Position numbers and translations under genes: made by a program
Part shown: positions 46,454 through 53,377 of the stretch, in pieces
Layout: the number at the start of each line of letters is the position of its first letter
Position numbering within the stretch: position 1 is the first letter of the stretch
The notes under the pieces: generated by a model
Databases searched by the model: none
Seen by the model: the letters and a program-made list of their open reading frames with translations, nothing else
Told to the model about the DNA's origin: nothing
Virus record (IMG/VR): IMGVR_UViG_3300021289_000002
Location: 1-58,325 of that record
Origin: a virus
Lineage: Duplodnaviria > Caudoviricetes
Direction: 5' to 3' (one strand)
Length of the DNA: 58,325 bases

Positions 46454-46900
46454 ATGGATACCTACGTAAAAGTGTTTCAAAGCATCCTTGATTCAACCAT
46501 TTGGCAGGAGGATTTGCCGACAAAAGTTGTGTGGATCACGCTCTTGGCGATGAAGGATCGGCATGGGTATGTTGGGGCGAGCGTGCCTGGCTTGGCGCGT
46601 CGGGCTGGGGTAACGCTTGAGCAATGCGAGGCGGCGCTGACCAAGTTCAAATCACCGGACCCGTATTCGAGAACGAAGGCGCATGATGGCCGGCGGATCG
46701 AGGATGCCGAATCGGGATGGACAATTTTGAATCACCATTTTTACCGGGACAAAATGAATCCGGAGGACCGGCGCGAGTATCAACGGATCAAGCAGGCGGA
46801 GTATCGCCGACGGCGCAAGGAGCGTCGTAACGAGGCTGCCTGCAGCGGGGCGCAACAGGCCATTGTTGAGGGGTTGAACGAAGCCAATGGGCACGCATGA
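46454..46900 (+). CDS. Replication-initiator-like N-terminal wHTH protein
   Basis: YVKVFQSILDSTIW..VWITLLAM.DRHG.V.ASVPGLARRA..PDP.SR...GRRIE...GW.ILNH..YR phage replisome-organiser-type pattern. Confidence 0.65.
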   Translation: MDTYVKVFQSILDSTIWQEDLPTKVVWITLLAMKDRHGYVGASVPGLARRAGVTLEQCEAALTKFKSPDPYSRTKAHDGRRIEDAESGWTILNHHFYRDKMNPEDRREYQRIKQAEYRRRRKERRNEAACSGAQQAIVEGLNEANGHA

Positions 46901-47166
46901 TTTTCAATCCTCGGAAGTGGAACGCGGCGCACCCGGAATTCAACCGGCGGGTATCAAAACCGGTGTATGCGGCAGGGGCCCGGCGGAAGTTGCTGGCGCG
47001 GAATGAATTTTCGGCCGGGTCGGCGATCTTTACTCGGGTCGATGGGATTTGGCGTTGCACGGAGGCGGAGCCGGCGCTCAAATTTTTGCTCAGGCTCGAG
47101 CCGATTGCGGCCAAGATGGATTTGATTAAGCGCGGTTTTAGCTGGGAGTGGCAGGCGGCTTCATAA
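46897..47166 (+). CDS. Hypothetical protein
   Basis: ATGA-coupled. Confidence 0.55.
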   Translation: MIFNPRKWNAAHPEFNRRVSKPVYAAGARRKLLARNEFSAGSAIFTRVDGIWRCTEAEPALKFLLRLEPIAAKMDLIKRGFSWEWQAAS

Positions 47167-47658
47167 TTTTTTCGGGAGTGGCCACGGCTCGGGGATGGTT
47201 GAGCCTCGCAAATAGAGCGGATGGGCCGGCGTGCCGTCGCCGTTTATGGCAAAAGCGTGCAGGTTGGGAATCATTGTCCGTACGACGTCGCCGCGGTTCA
47301 AATACCAGCCATGGACGCCCCAACAGGCGACCACCAAGTCAGCTTTGAGGGCGATCTCGCGCAAGTATTTGTCGTTTTCCGGGCCGATAGGGTCCGGTTC
47401 CTTGAGTACGATCATCGGGTCCGTGGCGCGGTAGGCAAAAAGGTTGGTCATCCACATCGTAGTAAAGCCCCAGGCGCGCGCGAAGCTCATGAGCCGGCGG
47501 ATCGTCGGGTCATCTCGTTTTTCATCGGCCGTACTGGGGTTCAAACCGATGAACTGGACGGTCGAGCCGGAGAATGGGCGCCAGAAACCGAAGCTTGGCG
47601 GCAGCATGCGCAAGAGCGTGTACCGGTACCGCCGGTCGGGTGAGAAGTGGCAAATCAT
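47161..47658 (-). CDS. DUF1643 family protein
   Basis: YRY.L.R, FIGLNPSTAD...DDPTIRR, NLFAYRATDP and HPLY motifs. Confidence 0.9.
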   Translation of the reverse strand: MICHFSPDRRYRYTLLRMLPPSFGFWRPFSGSTVQFIGLNPSTADEKRDDPTIRRLMSFARAWGFTTMWMTNLFAYRATDPMIVLKEPDPIGPENDKYLREIALKADLVVACWGVHGWYLNRGDVVRTMIPNLHAFAINGDGTPAHPLYLRGSTIPEPWPLPKKL

Positions 47659-47747
47659 TTGGGCAACTTACTGAGCAATTTTGAAAAGCGCGCGGCGAAG
47701 CTCCTTTTAGGATCGTAGCGCTCGAGCGGTGCAAAGCGCAATCTCAT
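47655..47747 (-). CDS. Putative 30-aa basic micro-protein
   Basis: MRLRFAPLERYDPKRSFAARFSKLLSKLPK*; starts right after upstream stop, and its stop overlaps the DUF1643 start. Confidence 0.4.
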   Translation of the reverse strand: MRLRFAPLERYDPKRSFAARFSKLLSKLPK

Positions 47748-48077
47748 TTAGGCACTATCGTCAACAAATCCGGGCATGTTTTCGTACGGTCTCGGCTCGG
47801 CTTTGTCCGCGATCTGCGGAAGCTCAAATCGGCTCACGGGCACGTTGCGGTAGCGCTCCATTAGGCCGCGGGCGATCTCTTCGCTCACCGGACTAATCGA
47901 GTAGATCGAGCCCGGAGAATAGAAGCGCGTAAAGCCGGGCTCGCCATTGAGCGGGGGGACGTCCACGCGCAGGAACGCGCCGCCGGCAAGCGTCGCTTCG
48001 GTTGCTTTGCCGCAGATTTTTTGATGGCCCATTAGCTCAACGAGCGCCCAAGTATCTAAGGTCTGTCCAGCTTCCAT
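47748..48077 (-). CDS. Conserved hypothetical phage protein
   Basis: WALVELMGH..I.G...FLRVDVP...FTRFY...SIY motif. Confidence 0.75.
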   Translation of the reverse strand: MEAGQTLDTWALVELMGHQKICGKATEATLAGGAFLRVDVPPLNGEPGFTRFYSPGSIYSISPVSEEIARGLMERYRNVPVSRFELPQIADKAEPRPYENMPGFVDDSA

Positions 48078-48562
48078 GCTTTTCCTTTATTGATCCGACA
48101 TATCATTTGCTGAGTAACGCCAAATGCCTTGGCAATTTTGCTCTGAGAGATTCGGTCAACGATCATGCTTCGTATTGACTCAACATCAGCAGCACTCAGT
48201 TTGGCACATTGGTGTACCTCGCCACACAGGTAAGTCCCATGCTGGCGTCTATGTGACTGGTTAACCGTCGGCGTTACCCAGTCCAAATTTTTTAGGTTAT
48301 TATTCCACTTATCTCCGTCCAGGTGCGCCCCTTCGTAGCCGTCGGGGCAAGGACCAACAAATGCAGAAAGCACCATGCAATGAGGTCGTCGGTAAAACGT
48401 TTTTCCGTCGCGCCTCAGCGAGAAATGAGGGTATTTACCAAACCTGTTAGGCTTGAGTATTTTGGGAGACTTGCCGATCAGACTGCGAACAGTGCCAGCG
48501 CTGGACACTTCGTACAGTCCTTCAAATCCAACGACTGGACGCCACTCGATTTCATTGCTCAT
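48056..48562 (-). CDS. NUMOD4-HNH homing endonuclease
   Basis: EWRPVVGFEGLYEVSSAG.VRS (NUMOD4), HLDGDKWNNNLKNL (HNH), C-terminal HTH. Confidence 0.9.
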   Translation of the reverse strand: MSNEIEWRPVVGFEGLYEVSSAGTVRSLIGKSPKILKPNRFGKYPHFSLRRDGKTFYRRPHCMVLSAFVGPCPDGYEGAHLDGDKWNNNLKNLDWVTPTVNQSHRRQHGTYLCGEVHQCAKLSAADVESIRSMIVDRISQSKIAKAFGVTQQMICRINKGKAWKLDRP

Positions 48563-48810
48563 ATGTTCAAAACTCCGCCGGTGGATTCGAAATCTTTTCG
48601 CTGCGTGGCGCCTGGCCGGCTAAAGCGCGGATGCGGGCCACGAAATTTGATGTTGGTCGGCATGCGGTCGTAGATCGATGGCAGGCTGCTGGGGCGAAAG
48701 CCATCGTGAAAGTGGAGCGCCCGCGGCCGCTGGCAACAGGCGCAAAGGAAGTCGTCGGATTTGCTTGGCAAAAAGACGTGGTTCTCGAGCGGGAACGGCA
48801 GCTTGCTCAT
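48559..48810 (-). CDS. Hypothetical protein
   Basis: Coupled; H.F...C..C...H motif. Confidence 0.5.
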   Translation of the reverse strand: MSKLPFPLENHVFLPSKSDDFLCACCQRPRALHFHDGFRPSSLPSIYDRMPTNIKFRGPHPRFSRPGATQRKDFESTGGVLNI

Positions 48811-49403
48811 GGAGTGATGCGCTTAAACGAGATTACGTAAACCCAAGGGTTGGAAATCCAGGGGTGAGCCTTGAAGTTGATCGAGTCCCAAAGCTCCGCA
48901 AATACATCGACGCTCGAAAGGCAGCGTTTCTTATCCACATCGCAACCCTCTTCGATAGCATTCATGGTGGTTATGTTTCTTAGCCGCTCGATGCGGACAG
49001 ATTGAACCTCAAGCGTGATGCGGCTGGCACGTCGCGGCATGAAGATCGACGGCTTCCACGGCAAACCGTATTCTTTCCAATGTGCCGGCTCACCGTCGGC
49101 TCGATAGACTATTTTCCAAAGTGGAGAGTCTGGATCGGGGTCCAGGTTTTGAAGCAGTCCCTCATGCACGCGCGCGAAAGTCTCTTTGACCCAAAGCCGA
49201 TCACCCTTGCGGCCGTACGGCGTGCCATCGTGAACCAGCGCGGCGATCGCTTCATCGCATTGCGATTGCATGAGGTGCGGACAATCCCCGGTGAAGCAGC
49301 CGAAATATTCCGGGTGTTTTATGACGCGGCGGGTCTGCGTCTTGCGGTCCTCGAGTATGGCGCGAACCATCTCGCCACGAAACAGGGCAGGAAGCTCTTT
49401 CAC
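48807..49403 (-). CDS. Conserved phage ASCH/PUA-like protein
   Basis: GTG 49403 overlaps upstream stop; MVRAIL..RKTQTRR, PYG..GDRLWVKET, WKPSIFMPR.ASRITLE and NPWV motifs. Confidence 0.8.
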   Translation of the reverse strand: MKELPALFRGEMVRAILEDRKTQTRRVIKHPEYFGCFTGDCPHLMQSQCDEAIAALVHDGTPYGRKGDRLWVKETFARVHEGLLQNLDPDPDSPLWKIVYRADGEPAHWKEYGLPWKPSIFMPRRASRITLEVQSVRIERLRNITTMNAIEEGCDVDKKRCLSSVDVFAELWDSINFKAHPWISNPWVYVISFKRITP

Positions 49404-50350
49404 TGCGGAAATTCCCTTACGCGCAGATCTTCTGGCCACTCCGCGGGATCGCCGCCCTTGGGATGCTTTATCCTGCAAACCCATCTCTCGTCTTCGTTGC
49501 CTACGACATTGGCGCCCATTTGCTTAACGAAGCATTTGACGCCCGCGGCCTGGCACTGATGAAGGATCAAGCGAATCCAATCGACGCGGCAAGGCCGAGC
49601 GCCGGCGCCGGACTCGCCGCCAACGATCACCCAATCAACCCGCGCGCCATCGGCAAGCCCGCGAATCAGCGGATTTCCGATACCGGCATTCCCACAGAGA
49701 TCCACCGGTCCAAGCAACGGCTCGACGCTGAGGAACCGGACGCGGGCCGGAATATCGAGCAGCTTCGGAATGCGCTTGTCGGCTTGCTCCTGGTTCTCGA
49801 CCGACGTGCCAACCCACACGTTGGCCGGCGGGCTCCCATTAAGCCAATTCTTCACCATTGGCCGCGCGCAAAGTCCCTCGTTGAATCCGTCCTGCAGCCG
49901 CTTGATGCAATTCTCAGGCCGCTTGGTTAGCAGCAGCCAGAAAAGATTTGGGGTGTCGTCGATCAAATTCATAAACCGCGCGAACACGCACAACGGATCT
50001 TCGCGCTTCCCTTTTTGGTCGATGATGCCCGCCGGCATTTCGTCCAGCCAATCGATCATCGACGGGAACCAGCGGCCGACCGTGCCTTTTTTCGCATGCT
50101 CCTTGTTGAGCCTGACGGCATCATTCCAAAAACCCTTCGACAAAACGCGCGTGGCCTTATCGCCCCAAACAGGCCGGCTCCGCCAATCCTCAAACCCGGC
50201 CGATTTGTAAGCGGTTCGAAAAATGTGCTCGAGCCGGCTTTGTGCTAACTCCATCGCGTAGCAGTGCGTGCAACCTGGTGAGACCATGGAGCATCCCAGG
50301 TAAGGACCGCCCGTATGGTTGGCCCATTGAATTTCAGTCGTGTCGCTCAT
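49400..50350 (-). CDS. DUF5131 (phage Gp37/Gp68) radical-SAM-like protein
   Basis: GCSMVSPGCTHCYA, LLLTKRP, FLSVEPLLG, WVIVGGESG and FVKQMG motifs. Confidence 0.92.
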   Translation of the reverse strand: MSDTTEIQWANHTGGPYLGCSMVSPGCTHCYAMELAQSRLEHIFRTAYKSAGFEDWRSRPVWGDKATRVLSKGFWNDAVRLNKEHAKKGTVGRWFPSMIDWLDEMPAGIIDQKGKREDPLCVFARFMNLIDDTPNLFWLLLTKRPENCIKRLQDGFNEGLCARPMVKNWLNGSPPANVWVGTSVENQEQADKRIPKLLDIPARVRFLSVEPLLGPVDLCGNAGIGNPLIRGLADGARVDWVIVGGESGAGARPCRVDWIRLILHQCQAAGVKCFVKQMGANVVGNEDERWVCRIKHPKGGDPAEWPEDLRVREFPQ

Positions 50351-50580
50351 CGTTCTATCTCGGGTTTGATTGGTTGTGGGTTAGGTTTGTCTCGACGTTT
50401 CAAAAGCCAAACCAGAAAGAATTCAATCAGCGGAAACGCGAAGACTATTACGACGATTGCACGCAGCAGCTTCCGCAATTGCTCGATTCGTTTCATCCGG
50501 GCAAGGTGGTCCGATTCGATGCGGTCTAGCTCGGCTTTGAATTGCTCGGTTATCTGGTCGGCTTCATCTTGAGGGGTCAT
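50347..50580 (-). CDS. Small membrane-anchored protein
   Basis: Coiled coil plus TM helix; coupled to DUF5131. Confidence 0.5.
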   Translation of the reverse strand: MTPQDEADQITEQFKAELDRIESDHLARMKRIEQLRKLLRAIVVIVFAFPLIEFFLVWLLKRRDKPNPQPIKPEIER

Positions 50581-50585
50581 AGGTT

Positions 50586-50789
50586 CTAAGGGCGTGGCTT
50601 CTCGCTCGCAATCGCTTCCATGCATCGCTTGATCTCAAGTAGCGCTACGGAGGTTACGGCCTGGATATTTCCGATGTGTTGCTCGTTGGATGGAATTTTC
50701 ATCAACACGTCAGCGTGGATTTCAATATTCTTTAGACACTCTACGATTTTATCGGTCATAAGAGTTTGGTCAGAAAGGGACTGGTTCAT
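50586..50789 (-). CDS. Hypothetical protein
   Basis: ORF in operon orientation. Confidence 0.5.
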   Translation of the reverse strand: MNQSLSDQTLMTDKIVECLKNIEIHADVLMKIPSNEQHIGNIQAVTSVALLEIKRCMEAIASEKPRP

Positions 50790-51249
50790 CCTCGGGAACT
50801 ACAGGCGCTCGATCACGATCGTGGCGCCCTCGTTTCCACTTTCGCACAGCTCGCATTTTACGAAGTGCTCGGGGATCGCCGTCCAACAGTCGTCGGGCGG
50901 TAATGAGGCAATCAAAGAGCGTAGAGACGCATCCATCGGCGTCGCACCGGTGGCGATCTGAAAAGCGGAGCGTAATTGTGATTCGAAAAGTCGGGCTGCT
51001 TTTTGCATCCACTCCCGATGCTCGGGCAACGTGATGGGTCGGGCCATTATCTTTCCGGTTTTCTTGTCCATCCACGCGAACGCCCGCTTCGCGTTCTTGA
51101 ACGATGGCACTTTTCCCAGCCCCTTGATCTCCAGGACTATTTTGGGACTGGGCGGCGAGGGCAGTAGCTCGAGCTGCGTCTTCGGCTTGCAGTTGGGATT
51201 TGATTCGCTCGGCAAGTTTGGGGTCGTCGATTTCATGAAGTCGGATCAT
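50770..51249 (-). CDS. RusA-like protein, frame B (central catalytic segment)
   Basis: ATGA-coupled to J-domain gene; FRITITLRFSDRHRCDADG..TLFDCLITA matches RusA [17 protein letters not shown]. Confidence 0.55.
   Translation of the reverse strand: MIRLHEIDDPKLAERIKSQLQAEDAARATALAAQSQNSPGDQGAGKSAIVQEREAGVRVDGQENRKDNGPTHHVARASGVDAKSSPTFRITITLRFSDRHRCDADGCVSTLFDCLITARRLLDGDPRALRKMRAVRKWKRGRHDRDRAPVVPEDEPVPF
50799..51236 (-). CDS. RusA-like protein, frame A (N-terminal strand/helix and C-terminal DD/strands)
   Basis: IVLEIKGLGKVPSFKN...REWMQKAA...PPDDCW...GATIVIERL. Confidence 0.6.
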   Translation of the reverse strand: MKSTTPNLPSESNPNCKPKTQLELLPSPPSPKIVLEIKGLGKVPSFKNAKRAFAWMDKKTGKIMARPITLPEHREWMQKAARLFESQLRSAFQIATGATPMDASLRSLIASLPPDDCWTAIPEHFVKCELCESGNEGATIVIERL

Positions 51250-51848
51250 TTTATTTGTGCCTCGAATTGCTGCCAGGCGAGCCGAACCAGGTGGAACTTT
51301 TCAACGTCCCCGTTTTTGTCCGGATGATGCTCTTTGACCATGCGCAGGTAAGCAGCTTTTACATGGTCGGCAGGGGCGTTGATAGGCACTCCAAGGACCT
51401 CCCACCATTTAAACCCGGAGCTTTCGCCAATGCCAGGCAGCGCCATGTAGCCGCGAAAGGCTTGCTCGATGGTGCCAATTCCCCAGCGCTCTTGCCCTCT
51501 CAGCGCTTCGATATGTTTGGCCAGCGCCCAAATGTTATCCTCAACGTGAATCCACTTGTCGCCCGCCAGTGAGACGGGCCTGTCCTTGATTTTGAAGTAA
51601 ACGGCTACGCCAGGATCGGCCAATGTGGCCACATTCGACAACGGTGCTTGGCTTACTTTGGACCGGGGAATATTGCTGCTCATTAGCCAGTTGCCATCGC
51701 CAACCAGCCGGCGCATTTCCAGCAATAGAGCGTTCCACGCCACGGCAACGGACCTCGCCTCGAACCGGCTTACTTGCCGATGGTGCGGCGCCGTGCGGGG
51801 CCACTGTTCCGGCCAGCAAAGAGGATACTTTGAAACTTCCTCGTTCAT
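51246..51848 (-). CDS. Phage J-domain (DnaJ-like) protein
   Basis: YPLCWP..WPRT, DPGVAVYF, ERWG and WWEVLGV...HHPDKNG motifs. Confidence 0.88.
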   Translation of the reverse strand: MNEEVSKYPLCWPEQWPRTAPHHRQVSRFEARSVAVAWNALLLEMRRLVGDGNWLMSSNIPRSKVSQAPLSNVATLADPGVAVYFKIKDRPVSLAGDKWIHVEDNIWALAKHIEALRGQERWGIGTIEQAFRGYMALPGIGESSGFKWWEVLGVPINAPADHVKAAYLRMVKEHHPDKNGDVEKFHLVRLAWQQFEAQIK

Positions 51849-52141
51849 TGAAGCGTGCCGACTTCTTGGGCGTAGTTCAGGAACTTCTTAATTTTCTTAA
51901 TTTTGGCTTCGGTTTTTTCCTCGCTTAGCCAGTTGTCAGGAAGAGTGCCGTTTTGGATCAGCAAACAAACAACAGCCATAAAATCATTAAGCTCATCGAT
52001 CAGACGCTGGCGGTTAGTAGGGCCGGATGGATAAAGTATGTTTACATCGTCTATTCCAAATCGAAGGGCTTTACTGCAATCCTTTGCCACCTCGTTAGCT
52101 TCTTCGGAAAGACAAACCAGTAAGTGTTCTTTTGAATTCAT
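51845..52141 (-). CDS. MazG-like nucleotide pyrophosphohydrolase
   Basis: EEANEV....SKALRFG...ELND acidic helical motif. Confidence 0.65.
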   Translation of the reverse strand: MNSKEHLLVCLSEEANEVAKDCSKALRFGIDDVNILYPSGPTNRQRLIDELNDFMAVVCLLIQNGTLPDNWLSEEKTEAKIKKIKKFLNYAQEVGTLQ

Positions 52142-52377
52142 AGGGGCGACAAGCTGATGTTGTAACCCCCTTTGCCGTTGGGCTTGGAAATCAGCTTCCG
52201 CTTAATGACCCCGGCGCTGTGAAGAATCTTGCCCACGCGCGAGGCGTAACCGCGCTCGATGGCGCTGCTAACGGTGATCACTTCGCCAGGTTTAAGGTGC
52301 CGAATTCTCACTGCCAAATCGCGTTCGCCTGATTTTCCATTGCTCCTGGAGGTTAGTTTTTTCATTGGTGTTGACAT
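52138..52377 (-). CDS. Hypothetical basic protein
   Basis: Coupled to MazG-like gene; start uncertain. Confidence 0.5.
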   Translation of the reverse strand: MSTPMKKLTSRSNGKSGERDLAVRIRHLKPGEVITVSSAIERGYASRVGKILHSAGVIKRKLISKPNGKGGYNISLSPL

Positions 52378-52404
52378 TAACTTTCGTATGGAAAAATGCA
52401 ATAG

Positions 52405-52923
52405 TTATTTTTGCCAGCGCCAGGGACCGTAGCCAATACCGGCGAGATTGAACACCGAGAGCGCCAAAGGCTTTGGAAACGGATCGTCAGCGCCGTCAAA
52501 CTGGATGCGCGGCGAAAGGAAATCCACCCAGGCTCTGCCGTGAATGAAATTCGACCACCAATTAGCATCGACGCTGGCCGGCGTGAGCAAAAGAATTTGT
52601 GCGCCCTTGACCGCTTCCATGGCGCATTTCTCCGCCCAAGGGGCGATGCTGCCAAAGGGAGGATTGAGCCATAGCAGGCCGTTCAAACCGTGCCACAAGA
52701 AATCTGAGCGCAGAGAGTCAGTCGCTTCGGTGACCCATCCGGGCGCTTTTTTGTTTTCGAACGTGCAAGCCAGGTCGGTAGCCAGCGGGCCGTAGCGCGC
52801 CTCAACGGCTCGAATGAATTTCCACGGCGTTTCATACGCTTGGTTGGAACTGTGGCGGTTATTGCTGGCCCCGGTTTTCTTCGGGCGATCTACCGAGAAC
52901 ATTTCACTTTGAGATTTGGTCAT
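52405..52923 (-). CDS. Phage DNA N6-adenine methyltransferase (Dam-like)
   Basis: YETP..F, DLAC, WLNPPF and LLTPAS..ANW motifs. Confidence 0.85.
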   Translation of the reverse strand: MTKSQSEMFSVDRPKKTGASNNRHSSNQAYETPWKFIRAVEARYGPLATDLACTFENKKAPGWVTEATDSLRSDFLWHGLNGLLWLNPPFGSIAPWAEKCAMEAVKGAQILLLTPASVDANWWSNFIHGRAWVDFLSPRIQFDGADDPFPKPLALSVFNLAGIGYGPWRWQK

Positions 52924-53044
52924 AAAAAAAGCTTCCCCTCGCCAGCCGGTTTCCGCAAAGCGGAACCAGGGCGCGTGTTTGTTATGTTGCTTCGTCTAGC
53001 TCTGCTCACTAAGCGCGCCGCCAGCAGGCCGCCGGCGAGGGGAA
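52924..53044 (-). promoter_or_regulatory. Branched RNA structure followed by U7 directly before the MTase start
   Basis: 11-bp closing stem 52933-43/53034-44, two internal stems, A7 at 52924-30 on the plus strand. Confidence 0.5.
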
Positions 53045-53055
53045 AATGGTTTGGT

Positions 53056-53328
53056 TCAATCTGCGTCGTCTTCCGGTCCTTCAAGCTTCTCGACCTTCAC
53101 GCCATTTTTGACCACGACCTTGCGATCATCGTCAAACTGGTATTCCTCGAGCTGATGCTGTTTCATCAAGGCAAGGACCGCGTCTCGTTTCTCAACTTCG
53201 GTCTTGGTGAGCTTCATCCGTTTCTCTTTTACGCTGTTCCAAGCGTCGATTGCTTCCTCGAGCGCCTTGATTTTGGGCCGGGACACGCCCTCTCCCTCGA
53301 TAGGGAGATCGGTTTGATTTCTGGCCAT
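53056..53328 (-). CDS. Hypothetical protein
   Basis: MARNQTDLPIEG.. helical, charged. Confidence 0.65.
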   Translation of the reverse strand: MARNQTDLPIEGEGVSRPKIKALEEAIDAWNSVKEKRMKLTKTEVEKRDAVLALMKQHQLEEYQFDDDRKVVVKNGVKVEKLEGPEDDAD

Positions 53329-53377
53329 AGGTATTTTTTCTTTCTGTGTTTCTGCGTTTTTGTTTTGCGGTGTTTGG

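Noticed and set aside
48056-48562. HNH as part of a group I intron or intein
   Set aside because: Flanking genes look intact and the HNH is coupled as a free-standing gene; no split host gene is evident.
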